DNA of 64,000 nucleotides from Acanthaster planci (taxonomy: Eukaryota): contig NW_019091360.1 of the NCBI RefSeq assembly GCF_001949145.1, forward strand, positions 437,674-501,673, given 5' to 3'. This document shows positions 50,073 to 63,145 of the stretch, in pieces (position 1 is the stretch's first letter; the number at the start of each line of letters is the position of its first letter). The position numbers were made by a program, and so were the translations under genes. The notes under the pieces were generated by a model. That model worked only from the letters and a program-made list of their open reading frames with translations. It did no database searches and had not been told where the DNA came from.

Positions 50073-50336
50073 GCACGACTCCATTGTCTGTGTGGCTCAT
50101 CCCTGTGATGGAGAGCGCTTTTGTCCCTGGTGGTAATCAGCTCACACAGAATGCCCCAAATAGTGGTATACTTTTTCAAAAAAATGCTGGATTATCTCTG
50201 CTATTGACAGTGAAAAAATGTTTGTAATTTCCAGCAGACTGGTCTTCTGTTAGGAGTACCATCTTTTGTTAAAAGGCCCAGTTCCTTTTGTCCGATTTAA
50301 GACTACAAAACCGGGCTCCCAGCAGCAAGTGGTTAA

Positions 50337-50914
50337 CCACTTCCTGGTGGAATTTGTATATGCAGGACAAATTCCCAGGCAATTTCAAGATTTTCCGTTT
50401 TCAAAATTCTTCAACAATTTATAACTTCATTTACTGGATGTTCACACCCACACGAATGACTGTCTGGTCCTACTTTAATCTGACAGGCAACCTCCATTGA
50501 CACCCAAGTATTTGAGCCAGGCTTGCTGCCCAGTAAAGAGAGCCTAGATTGCACAGTGTTGTGTAATTTCTTTTGTTCCAAAAATTAGCCTAGTGTGTTG
50601 CAGAATGGCAGTGGTGTTTTTTGGCCAGATGAGCATGCAGCAGAACTGTATCGCTCATTGTTTGAGTGCTGGAGCACTTTTGTCCCCGCTGATAATCCGC
50701 TGGATCTGAATGCCGTAAACTGTGTTATACTATTGATGGATTGTCTCCACTAATGCCAACTGAAAAATGATAGCAATTTCCAGCAGCTTGGTTTTTGTTA
50801 TGAGTACGGTCTTTTGTTTCAAGGCCCAGCAGCTTTATCCGATTTGGGAACCCTAGCTACATGTATGGGTATAAAGCCAACGTCTCCAGTTCCGGGGACC
50901 CCGGAGGCAAGTGG
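50337..50914. mobile_element. piggyBac-type MITE family B, uninterrupted copy
   Basis: TTAA-CCACTT...AAGTGG-TTAA; shares the TTAA at 50333-50336 with the preceding copy. Confidence 0.8.
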
Positions 50915-53759
50915 TTAAAACAAGAAAACTATTATAGCAAAGCAATTTGAGAGGTCCCAATGGCCTCGTTGTAATGGTGTTCCACTGTACTAAGGAGCAA
51001 TAAATAATTAACTCACCAAGTAAGGATCTTCAGACTGACTGTCCCTGAATGGGAACATGAAGATCGGTGTCATAGCGATTGATCACTGAAGCCCACGACA
51101 GAACAGGAAAGGATTGTGTTACTGTTGCAATGGTCTCCATCCGGAATTTCTTGGGGCGGATGAATTTGTTCAATGGCTTTAGGTAGATGACCGGACGCCA
51201 TTTGCCTGGATCCTTCTTGGATGCGAGGAAGAAGGTTGAAATGAAGCCGATCCTGAATTGGCTGGATTCGACCTGATGGATGGTTAGGTTTGTAGAAGGG
51301 AGTTAATCTCTGAGTCCAGCACCAAGCACCTTGTTGTGAGGAACAGGAGTAGGATGTAATATAGCCTCGGGCAGCGAGGTGCTTATAAACTCAAGTGAAT
51401 ATCCGTGTGCAGGAGTTGAGAGAAACCCAGCTGTCCAAGGTGATGTCCCTTGAGAATCCTAAGAACTGTTGCAGGTGGCCACCAATGGGTTCGGAGTTGG
51501 CAGTCACCAACGTACTGTTCAGTCCCTTGTCAAGGCCAAGAAGAGCTTGGGCTGTAGAGTCTGGGGAGACCGTAGTCTGAAGTGGGAGGCTTTATTGAGC
51601 TTCGTGAGTGTACAATCCAGCAGGGCTTTATCCTTATCCCAAAAGATTCCCTGAGCAAGTGGTCTTCCCAAGTCCGCACTTATCTTGTCGTTGGCTGCAT
51701 CGGGAAGGTCTAGAACAGACGGGAAATACTTGAAATCCTCCGTTAAGAAATGGTAGCAAGCTACAGCTCCCTTGGGGAGTGCACGCCAGTGCTTGGCTTC
51801 GGGGAGGAATTTAAATATCTCCATGCAGGAGCAATCAAGCGGGAGTTTGTGAACAATTGACCCAGAAGCATCCAGTCGAATCGTATGTCATTTGAACAAG
51901 TTGTGATTGGAATCCTCCTCCAGCAGAACAGCTGCGGGCAGGCCGAGCATTTGAATCATTTCCCGTTGAAGAAGATGGAGTCGACCCTCAGCCAAAGTAA
52001 GAGCACTGACAGAATCAACCTCTTCCTCTTAGAAGATACCGCCGGTTGTTCAGCTTGGGGACAGTTTCGAGCCCTGCACAGTCCTGAGTGGCATAGACCA
52101 CTCTTGTAAACAAACGCTTGGGTGGTGCAACCCCAGTGTGGAGTCCTGGTTGAGCTGGGTGGGAGTGGTTGGCCTGCCAGGGACAGGTCAGAGGTGGTGG
52201 AGGCTGGAGGTGGTCTGTCGCCGAGGTGACAGACGATGGGGGTAAAGGCTTTATTGACAGATTGAAAGGCCAAAATCCAAACCTCAGAAGTCTGGTCACG
52301 CCAGTCAGAGTGGTGCTTCTTGGCAGGTGTGGAGGCACTGGAGTAAGAAGGGGAGCGCTTACATTTGCTCTTCCCATTAGCAGGCGACCCAGCGGTGGAG
52401 GTGGCTAATGGGACCACAGTAGGTGGAGCGCCCAGGGAGCGTTCCCAACCGAAGTAAGCGGGAACTCTGGAGCATAAGGCAGAAGCACCCGGGGAAGTAA
52501 GGCACGATGGCCCGAGAGGCCCAGTTGAAAGCCAGAACTGCGTATGGGGTGTGGAGGCTTGAAGCTTCGACAACTTAAAAGTCCAGTGGGCTGCACGGCA
52601 CCTGAGGGAGATTGGCTTGGTGCCATGGTGTTGTGACACAATGGCATACTGGGCAGAGCAGACCCCAGCACTTGTGGATAACCAGGCCTATGAGCTTCAG
52701 TCTCTGGGCAAGAGAAAGTGTGCTCAGAGGATGCCGGAGAAGTGGTCTTTTTGACCGATATGGAACGGTGGCTGATGCTCTTCGGAGTCGTCAGGGGAAT
52801 GCTGGCAGCAGTGCTGCATGTGTTCCTCTAGGACATGGCCGGTGAAGGGCATGGCAAGCTCTCGGTGGCGGTTGGGCGGGATCAGGAGACGTCTGGTAGA
52901 GTTCTCCCTTGGGAGTCCACGCTGAATCGCTAGGCCAGCGATTGACCAAGGAGACAGGGGACCGTACTTGATCCTGGCGGTGCCCCTGCTCAAGCAGTCA
53001 TCCACAGTCAACCACAGAGCTTCCCCGTCAGCTCTGTGGGGCCAAATGAGCAAGGGGGCCTTGCCAGACCCTGGTGGGTATCCCCTGGATGATGGCAGGC
53101 CTTTCCCTCATCCTGGTAGCTGGAGAAAACGGGGGTATGACAGACCTGACAGCGAACCCCTAAATTCAGCCGGCTTAGGCCAATAATTTAATGGAAGTAA
53201 TATCCCTGGTTTTGCTAGGACGAACCTCCTGGTACCGACAGTGAACAACATGCAGGGTGCACGTACAAGAAAAACAAAGAGAATAAAAGAACACAATATA
53301 CATATACACACCAGAAAAACACTCTTACCACACGAAGTGTGAAAATTAAGGTAATACTTTATTCAAGAAGGATGGATGATCAAATCCACACAGAACCGTG
53401 TAGCAAAAACGGAGACTTGATAAATCAAAGATGCCTAGAAAGACACATCCGTTATGTTACACCGTTGAGAAAAGAATGATCATGGCACAGAGACCGCATT
53501 GCACGGATGATCAAACCTTTTCAGCAATTAATAAATTTGCATATGTAGTGACTGTTTGGGTGGGTAGAGCGCCGTAGACTTGAATTTTCAACCAAGATAA
53601 ACATTCTGAAAAATTCAGTTTTCTGCACACAGTGCAATTATCCAGTAAGACTTTGTCAACTATTTATCCCATAATACACAGTGAAAAGGCCTCTCCATTA
53701 TAACCCCTTAGTTGCGCACTGCATTGTGAATTGTCCATGTTGACTGCAACGAGGAACTA

Positions 53760-54060
53760 CACATATCTCCACATGCCAGTGGTCACAAGTGAACTTTTGC
53801 CAAACAGATAGCTTCTATGTGTGCCTTGCTTAAGTGTCAATGAATACTTATTTACCTGTCTCTGAAGACTTATTGAAAACTTGTCAAGATATGGTACATT
53901 CAGTCCAGCTTCCTGAGTTATCACAGCCACTGCGCTGTATCCCTCTGAAAGGTAGACAGTATGGAGTCGCCCTTCAAGTTCTTTGAAGTAGTTTTCTTTT
54001 AAGACCCTCCCAAAGGACCTGTGCATAACCAGACAAAAAGAAAAAGGTGATTCTGAGAAA
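53760..54060 (-). mobile_element. Possible pogo/Tigger-like transposase fragment
   Basis: Weak: ENYFKELEG...EAGL. Confidence 0.3.
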
Positions 54061-54089
54061 ATTCTTCCCAGGTTATTTGCACTGATGTA

Positions 54090-54540
54090 GGAGAGTGATT
54101 GCTTGTTCCTCACTTGTGAGGATCGAGGAGGATGGGACAGCCAAGCTTCTACAGGCACAGAGATGGCTGTGGAGCCTGATCCATGTAGCACAGACCCTTC
54201 TGCGCTTGGGACAGGTAAAGCCCTGGGTTGAGGTAAGTCTGAGAGGTAGCCTGCCTCTTACACCTCTTCCTCTTGTGTTCAGTAGATTCACCTGTCAGTT
54301 TCGAATTTCTTGCTGCCTGTAAGAGTGGTGCCAGCCCACTTTTTCAAGAGTCTCCTGGCACCATGATTGGTGATGGACACCAGCTGGAACAAGCCTCTTC
54401 TTGAGCGCTTCTTCGGAGCCCCTCTGTTTCGCTTTCCTTCGCGAAGTTTGTCAAAGAAGACAGCCTTCGGTAGACAGGAGTTCTCTATCCTTGCAACATA
54501 GCCTGCCCATCGAAGCTGGTGCGTCAGTGCCGTGGCTTGG
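54090..54540 (-). mobile_element. RTE (BovB-like) LINE 3' end
   Basis: QLRWAGYVARIENSCLPKAVFF..EGKRNRGAPKKR; FTCPKRRRVCATWIRLHSH. Confidence 0.82.
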
Positions 54541-54967
54541 ATGCTCGGAAGATGTGGAAAGAAAGGAAGGAAGAAAGGAAAGAACTCAAATGTGCCAGGG
54601 AGGACAAAGTTGCCAATCTAAAATGGAAAAATACTACTTTGAGACACAACTTGGCAAGGTAGAATGTGAGCTGAAGGGAGGCAGCACCAGCCGGGGAAAG
54701 CTTCCAAAAGAGGATCAGTGAGCTAAAAGGACACCTTGACCAGAATGCTAAATATCATGAGCAAGAGATTCGGGAGTTGTGTCAGCAGCTTAAAGATGCC
54801 CATACTATCACCGGGGATGCAAACCGGAATATTCAACTACTAGAGGATGCACAAGCTATGCTGCAAACCAAAGCCAAAATAGACTCCTGCAAACAGAAGG
54901 CAGAACAGCAACTGCAACAAAAACAGGAAGAGAAACGAGACATTGAAAACAAGTTCGAAAGCCTGAA

Positions 54968-55211
54968 GGGGCCCTCTCGAGTTGCAGATTCCTATGTCGG
55001 CCCCGGCTCTTCCACACTTGGCCTGGTGGTCAGTGAGAGACCCTTTTACAACCCCGAGACATAACGTGGTGATCACAACAGATGCCTTGAACCTTGGCCG
55101 GGGCCTGTCTTCACCCCAACAAGCTTTCGGTTTCTGAGGCCCCAACTCCCAACAGGGCTCCCACATCAATCTTTTGTAACTACAAGCAATCTTCAAAGCC
55201 CTCCTACACTT
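54968..55211 (+). repeat. Inverted duplicate of DIRS RNase H segment 56504-56743
   Basis: Reverse-complement match, e.g. gtggtcagtgagagacccttttacaaccc. Confidence 0.85.
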
Positions 55212-55239
55212 ATGCTCATCCACAGAAGCAAAGACTGTC

Positions 55240-57438
55240 AAGACAGGGAACCAGAGTTTGTCTGAGGAGGCCGAGTGTGACTGGATTGCAGGAAAAAAGT
55301 GTCTCGGGGCTAGAAGGAAGATGTCTGATTTTTTGTGAGGAACCCTACCGCCGGAACAATAATCGTACCCCAAGTGGTTCCCATCTAATGTGGCCATCAA
55401 ATACTGAGAAAGCTTTGATTTCACAGCCTCTTTGTGAAGTAACGATGGCTAAGAGGAATGCCAGCTTGATACTTAAACGGAGAGAGGCCCGTCCTGCAGG
55501 TTCAAACAGAGGGCCAGCTAGGAGTTGTAGAATATCCCCCAGGCTCTAGGATGGGATGAGCTTCTTAGACGGGGCCTTCTATGAACATTCCCCTGAGAAA
55601 GGTGATGGATTGCTGAGTTGTCACAGATTGTTGAACTGTCAGGGAAGCCTCAGTGGATAGGTGCTATGGCTGAATGGTAGTTTCTGATCATGGACACCAG
55701 AAGGCCAGAGTTGAAAAGGTGTATGAGAAAGTCAGCTACGACTGAAAGAGGTGCCTTGGTAGGATCTATAGCTTGCCCTTTACACCATGAGTCGAAATGT
55801 CGTATTTGGCCTCTGGCGGCCAAGGCAGCAGCGTCTCAAGAAAGGCCTGCCTCTTGGAGTTATCTTTGGAAAATGTCCAGCAGGTTAGGTGAAGGTGAGG
55901 CAGGTCCGGATGCAGGACGTGAGACCTGGGTTGAAAGATGAAATCCGGGTGAACTGGCAGGATCAGGGGAATGTCAACCAATAGTCTGACAATGTCTAAC
56001 AGAAACCATGGTTGCCTCAGCCAGAACAAGGGATGAGGAGGATGTGACAGTTGTCCTGTTCTATCTTGGACAGTACCTTGGGGATGAGGGAGAAAGGTTG
56101 GAATGCATATGCTAGAAGTCCTTCCCAGGAGACGTGTAGAGCATCAATCGCCCACACTTGGGGATGTGGATATTGAGTGCAGTAGGTTGGGAGCTTGGTG
56201 TTCAGGTGGGACACAAAGAGATCCACGTGAGGCCTGTCGATCATGTGGAATAGTGTCTTGACCATCTCGGGCAGAAGCGTCCACTCGGTAGGACGGACTG
56301 TGCCCTGAGACAGAGTGTCTGCTAGGTTGTTCTCTGCTCCAGGAATGTGTTTGGCGCGGAGACTGATGGAGCGTTCTGTGGACAAGTAAAGAAGGTCCTG
56401 GGTTAGGAGGTACAGGCAAGGGGAGCGAGTGCCTCCCAGATGATTGATCAGCGACGGCTGTTGCGTTGTCTGATCAGACAAGGACCATCTGCCTTCTATG
56501 ATCAAGTGTAGGAGGACTTTAAAGATTGCCTGTAGTTCCACAAGGTTGATGTGGGAGCCCTGAAGGTTGGGGCCTCAGAGGCCAGAAGCTTGTTGCAGGT
56601 GAACACAGGCCCCAGCTGAGGTTCAAGGCATCTGTTGTGATCACCATGTTGTCTCAGGGTTGTAAAAGGGTCTCTCACTGACCACCTGGCAAAGTGTGGA
56701 AGAGCCAGGGTTGACATTTGAATCTGCAAGTCGACAGGGTCCCTGCTTGGCTTGAAGTGTGTAAGGAGAAAGAGTTAGAAAGGCCTTATGAGGAGACAAC
56801 ACCAGAGGACGAGGTCTACCATCAACCCCAGAAAGTGGAGCCATGCTCTGGTGTTAACCTGTTGTTCTTGATACATGGTGATGCACTGTGGTTCTCTACA
56901 AGATCGTCCGTAGGCATGGCGATACCATTGTGGAGATCGAGGGTTGCTCCAAGGTAGGTTGGTTTCTGGGACAAGGCGGGTCTGGAATTGTCGTGATTGA
57001 TCAAGACCCCAAGTCAAGACGTAAGGTCAGTGGCAGAAATAGCCTCATTCTTGGAGCGACCAAAGATTAGCCAATCATTATGGTACTGGAAAATGAGGAT
57101 GTCGAACAATGAAAGTGTGCTCCCACAGACTTTACCACTTTGGTGAATACTCTCAGAGACATGGAGAGACCGAAAGGAAGGGCACAGAACTCGTATATCT
57201 GATTTCTGTAAGACAATTGGAGGAACTTGAGATCATCAAGGTGGATGGGAATACGTAGGTAGGTGTCCTTCAAGTCAATTGAGGACGCTCATGTTGAGAT
57301 GAAAAAAGACAGTATTACGGTGTGAGGAGTCTCCATCTGAAACCTCTTTGGTTGAATGAACTTGTTGAGGGGTTTCTGATTGATGATCAGTGTCCACTCT
57401 TCCGGCTCCTCCTTTGGGGTGATGAGGTCCAGTTCATT
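55240..57438 (-). mobile_element. DIRS1-like element remnant (RT, RNase H, MT-like, YR N-terminal half)
   Basis: PLNKFIQPKRFQMET, IDLKDTYLRIPIH, ALPFGLS, AKHIPGAENNLADTLS, PHVDLF, LAYAFQPFSLIPKVL, VADFLIHL, KLAFLLA. Confidence 0.9.
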
Positions 57439-57443
57439 GTGAC

Positions 57444-58728
57444 TGTCACAATGTGAGAAGTTTATAAGTCATGTTTACATTAAAATCACAAATTGGGAAA
57501 TATGTAAACTGTGTTTATATAAATACTGGTAGAAAGAAAAATTATTGGGCTAAGAGTTACTTTCGGATTTGAGTTTGTCCCCACACACCCACTGCAGAGT
57601 GTAGAGGGCTATTCTAAACCAAATTTGTCAGAGAATACATAGTGGCAAGGAATGTAATGCAAATTAATCATGCTTGAGTAACTTCAGTCCAAGGCACTCC
57701 CCTGTGTGTGTGCTGTAAGGCACTACCAATGCAGCCTTAGTGGTGTATGGAAGGGTAGTCCACCTGTGTGGTGAGGTACATGTCCTGCATGTACTGTACA
57801 TAGGGCGTGGCCCTGAAGAAAAGCCAGTTTGGAAATCAAACTGTAAGTTAATTTCACTTGGTTTGTATTCATGTTTATGCTTATTTTGTATAAGATAATT
57901 GTGAGCTCATTTAAAAGATGTGTTTAAATGGCCAAAAATTATTGAAAGTTATTTGGATTCTTTTTCAAAGGGTTTTCCCTGAGGGGGACTTAAAACCTTG
58001 CTGGTTCTGAGTGAACCATTTGTTTGGAGTGAACCACCCTCATTCTGAGGGAATCATTTGTTCTGAGTGGACAATCATCATTCCGAAGGGATCATTATAT
58101 TTGTTATGAGTGAACAACCATCTTTCTGAATGAACGAGCTCCAGTATAGCTTTACAGTTCTTAGTGAACTAGCCACCCCACCCAGCTCGAGGTGTAACAG
58201 TACGGAGAGGTTGAAGGCCGACCATCAGGCAAGAGGGAGTACCGTCCTTCGACCTTCCTTGAAGATCAGCCCAGGTGCTGATGTTCATCCGTGCACCCAG
58301 CTGGAGACAGTTTTAATCCAGGGAGCTGGCAAACATCTTGTAGAGAACTGCACCGTACACGGGGGTGGGCATTATTCCACCCATGCAAACAGTTGACTGT
58401 TGTGAAGGTGGCCTTGTGGGGCTTGAATAATTAACTAATTAGTTGTAAAGATTTATTTATTTGTTTTATTTATTTTCACGAAACGGCCGTAGGGGGGATA
58501 TAATTAGGTATTTACACATTTTACTAATTCGATCTGAAACTGGATTTGGGTTACAAGTGATTTTTTTTTTTTTGGTAGAATAAATGTTCCTTGTCTAATG
58601 AAAAAAAAACCAAACGGTTTATCGATTTTGAAGTACGATTGTTTGACCTCCCAAACTTGTGTACCTACTACCATACTGGTTAGTTATCACTGGTCCACTG
58701 AGGGGAAAGTCGGACCCCTGGTGTGACA
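57444..58728 (+). mobile_element. Solo LTR, 1285 bp
   Basis: TGTCACA...TGTGACA termini, perfect 5-bp TSD GTGAC, gtaagt donor at 57843 and aataaa at 58519. Confidence 0.88.
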
Positions 58729-60338
58729 GTGACAAGTCGATAAATTCGCACCACGGATCAGAAGCACCCATTGACTAAACTGGCTCTTCTTCCTGTGCAT
58801 GCAGTGTCGGAATGACGGTCTACATGTATGAATTGGACTGTGTGATGATAGTGCAGTGTTTGTGCTTACAAGCAGCTGGTCTGTTGTGGTTATGCGCCTC
58901 TTTTCTGGTATTGATTAAAGGCAACAATTTGCAGAGTAAACATTAGTCACTCTTTTTTTGGTTTTGGTTTCGAATCAACATGATGATCAATGTATGCATG
59001 TGGTATATACAATATACATCACAGAAATAATCAGCAATGCGTGGAAACATGAAGCCTTTACGAACCTACCAGTAAAAATACATGTTTAGTCGCTTTAACA
59101 CCTAGAAAAAGAAGAAAATTATGGGCATGACTCCACTATGCATTGAGATAGAGGGCACACTGCAGTTGATCAGACTTTAGCAAATGGCCCGACAGGGCTT
59201 TAAAAATATGTCAAGGTAGATGCTATTTGGGTAAGATGAATGCCACACACTGTCAAAGTTGTTTTCAGCAAGCCTGCTTACAATTGAACAAAATTCTTGC
59301 TACTAAGGAGCATCTTGTTTCTGCAGTGGCAGTGAAATATCATACCTTGTTACAAGTTTCTTCAGTCTGTCAATGTCCACATCTTTTAAGCTGGAATATT
59401 TCAAGATTCTTTCAGTCTTCTTGAACATGGTTCCAGAGCCTACACACACATTAAAATTTACAACAAGCTATCAATTTACGGGTAACCACCAAAAAGACGA
59501 TTGTTAGTGTAAAAATCTTTCTACAAGTGACTTTAATAACACAGTCAGAATGAATCCCTATTTCATGGTCCCAAGTCACAGCCAGCACATCTTCTAACAC
59601 AAATGCACTTGACAATTTAAATGCATTTTTCATTAATTTTTCTTTTGTTTTAAACAGAATATCTACAAACAAACATGCATATTGAAAATCAGTCTTTGTA
59701 CTTTTAATTGGAAATCCTAAAATGAGCAAATCATCAGAGGGATAAAGATTCAAAAACACTCATGGTTCAGACCATGCACCATGACATTGATTTGGTTAAG
59801 TTAGAACATGGATTCTGAAAACTTGAACACTGACAGCAAAATCTTTTGGCACAGACTCATCTGCCTTGTTTGCAGCTACCAAAGCTATATCCCCCCATTT
59901 TTCCAGTATTAAGAATACTAGAATGTACGTAGTGGAATGATTTCCAGTTTTCCACTGGAAAAACTGGAAATAATTAAAATAATGCTGATTCAGACTGAGC
60001 ATGACGTTTGAGGACTAACCATGATGTGTAAACAGCTCTGTAAGGATAGTCTTGGCTGATGTGATGACGACACTGGACAATGGAGGTAGATCAGCTACAA
60101 GACCACAAACTAGTTCTTTGGTTTTATGGTCTTGACTACTGCATGACTGCTTCATCAAGGCATCCAGATCTGCTGGTATGTGAACCTCTTCTATTATCTA
60201 AAAAATTGTCAAAAATTTAAAAGCAAATGAAGTGTGGGTAAATAAAAAATTTAAAGCACAAAAGATGAATTGATGATGCGTTACATGTACCTTTACACGG
60301 TGTGAAGCGTAAAATCACACATTTGGTAGGTTCAGTGG

Positions 60339-62299
60339 AGGGCAATTCCATGGTGTCAGACGTACATTTTAGACACTTCAACAGTGTGTGTTATTATACT
60401 TGTAATCCTGAAGGAGGTTTTGATAAAAGACATCAGCTAATTGGTACATTCATTTAATAACAAAATTTCTCACTCAGAATTATTACCTTATAGAAACTGA
60501 CTCATAACATCATGGTGTCGGACGTACTCAGAGAAAGTAAATTTTGTGAGTTTCCATTTTTGTATCACAAACCTGAAGAAGTAGTTTTCCTGTGTTTAGT
60601 GTTAGCAGACCCTTGTTAATAAACTCCAAGGCAAGACACGTTTTTATCTTGTGACTTTGAGATAAAGCATTTACTATATTTGTGTCGGACGTACATTTTT
60701 TGGTGTCAGATGTACACCTCCAAACTGACTTTTCAGAATAGAAGGTAATCAGTTCAAACCCAAGCTTGTCTCATTTTTCTACCTTCATGAAGGCTTCAGT
60801 AAACTTTCCAAACCAAAAGGAAATGCCAAGCCATACAAAAATCTTCAAAAGCAACGAGAAAGGAATTGGATGATGGGGCATTCAAAGAAACAATATGAAG
60901 GAAAATATTGTCTAAAAATATTTATGCAAATTTGCTCATTTAAACAAGTCATGTACTGTCAAAAATTCAAACTAAAAAAAATTTTCTACAGTTTACAATC
61001 CTTTAGAGAAATAAATCAAATTATAAGACAATTGCATACATGTTCCTGTAAGGTGTTTTGGTCTTAGAACATGAAATCAAATATTTTTGTATGACAAATG
61101 TTACGTGTGTACTAAGCTGCAATATGAAAGATTTCCAATTCACACTTCAGAGGTTACAGTACACATGTAAAATCCAAAAAGAAGCTAAATGAGTAGATGG
61201 TTATATACCCTTTTAGATGATTGCCAAATCAAAGGAATGGGCTAGCAATCAGGCTAAGAGATTATCCTTTTCACTGAAATTTAAGACTAATGGCATAATG
61301 CTTTTAAAACTACAGTCTTACATTGTATGTTTCATAATAGGTACTGTACATGTATATACCATGGAAAGCATATACAAGTGGAACATCCCCTTTAATTCCT
61401 CAAGCAACACAAAGTGAAACCAAATGATTTTACATGTACCTTGAACAAAGGTATAAAAAACACAACTTTGTTTAGTCTTTGACAATTCTTCTTTCTTGAT
61501 GTGGATTACATGTACACAACACCTACAACTTTACTTGTCTTCATCAAAGCTCACACTAACATGACTTACTTCTGAATACATGCAAAGCACATGTTTGTCC
61601 ACACATGACACATGTGGAATAGCTTTGGGCCCTAATTATAACCTTTTTAGGATGTGTCCAAATAGTCAAATTTATGCAAATTAGTAAAAAACAAAAGTGA
61701 AGCCTATTTGATACTTTTACAAAATGTTGGGGCCTCATTTCCATGTATGCAAATGTGGTGGTAGTGGTTTCTGTACAGTGTAAAAGCAATGCATTGCCAG
61801 CAATGCATGGTTCTGACAGTGTCGGACGTACAGGGTGTCCGACGTACACATCTGATTCCACAATTTTTGAGTATTTGAAAAAATAATTGGGGGAGTTAAG
61901 CTAATGTCTAGAAAGAAGGAACTCATTGTGCTTTGTATTGTAAATTTGGCAGCCTTTTGCTAAAGGGTGCACTGAGGGGATAAAAAACTATGTCATTCTG
62001 GTGTCGGATGAACATACAAAAAGTAAGTGTTATAAAATAAGACATTACATAGAATTTCAAAAGGAAAATGAAAATTCATTTCTGTCATTGTTCACTTATT
62101 GGGGCACTCTTCAAACTGTAACAAAACTGGAACCAAAAAATTATTATCAGGCTAAAAAACTGAAAATCTTGAATGTTGGTAGAAATGAAGTATGTTTCAT
62201 GAGAATATATACCATAAGCTTCAAAATGATATATAATTTGTCAAATTTGGACCAGTTTGAAATTTTGGCCCAGAGGTTGATGTTTTTGTGGACCTGCCC
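60339..62299. mobile_element. Non-autonomous DNA transposon with repeated gtgtcggacgtaca motif
   Basis: agggca...tgccct ends; motif variants near 60353, 60515, 60682, 60703, 61819, 61835 and 62001. Confidence 0.55.
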
Positions 62300-62992
62300 T
62301 GTAGTTACATACTGTACATGTACATGTATAGTGAGTGAATTAATGCTTTCTGATTTTTTGGGTCAAATATTACATTAAAAAAGTCAGATTTTAAGTCATA
62401 CTGTCAAACATATCCAAACTTTTGGGTACAATGAGGCAACCATTTCACAAGTCAATATGGCTATTATCCTCTTCCTTGGTATTTAAGATTTGCAATATTC
62501 TAATTCTCCTACAGTCATGTAGTCATGCCATTGATAGCTAAAATTGTCCTGAATCTTCATTACATGTTACTTATACAATACTTGTAGCCATGCATGCACA
62601 GACACACACAATATTACATACATTACAAGGTTATAGGGACTACAGGCCTCACATGCAGGATTGTCGCCTTAAATCACTTGATTTATATGAACAATTTAAA
62701 TCAAACGATTAAAACAATAGTTAAATCACTTTTTGCATAGAGCAAAACTGTTGCAATTTTTATATTATTTTTCAAGTGGTTTGTAAATTTTTCCAGATTT
62801 GTAAATTTTAAATGGCACATAAACTCAAGCCACTTGTTTTGATTTGAATCAGCATTTTGGATTCAATGCCTGAATTTAATATTTGTCATCAACATTTAAT
62901 TTGACTTGATTTAAAGTGTCCATCTCTGGGTTGAATATCGTAAAGTATCAGTGTACATCCATCTTTTATCTTGAGTAGTTTATTGGAATGAG

Positions 62993-63145
62993 CAGTGTTG
63001 TTGACTCAAGTCGCTGACTCATACTCAAGCCACTATTATTTTGACTTAAGACTTGACTGGGGAAAGAACAACTTGCGACTTGACTTAACTTGACAAAAAA
63101 TGACTCATGACTTGACAAAATCTGACTATACTGACAAGACTTACT
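62993..63145. mobile_element. hAT-type MITE end, related in style to 48036-48826
   Basis: cagtgttg start followed by gactc/gacttg repeats. Confidence 0.5.

Larger units (their letters stand above)
48868..50332. mobile_element. piggyBac-type MITE family B hosting a Penelope-like insertion
   Basis: TTAA-CCATTT...AAGTGG-TTAA; halves align to 50337-50914. Confidence 0.75.
47690..53580 (-). mobile_element. Internally deleted DIRS1-like element with both termini and ICR
   Basis: ICR 47863-47961 is complementary to the right end (47690-47748) and the left end (53538-53580); RT GFISTFFLASKKDPGKWRPVIYLKPLNKFIRPKKFRMET at about 51120-51260; gag-like region 51450-53150. Confidence 0.88.

Noticed and set aside
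59130..60200. Minus-strand degenerate reading frame
   Set aside because: Only a vague resemblance to DNA-transposon protein tails; several stops and no diagnostic motif.
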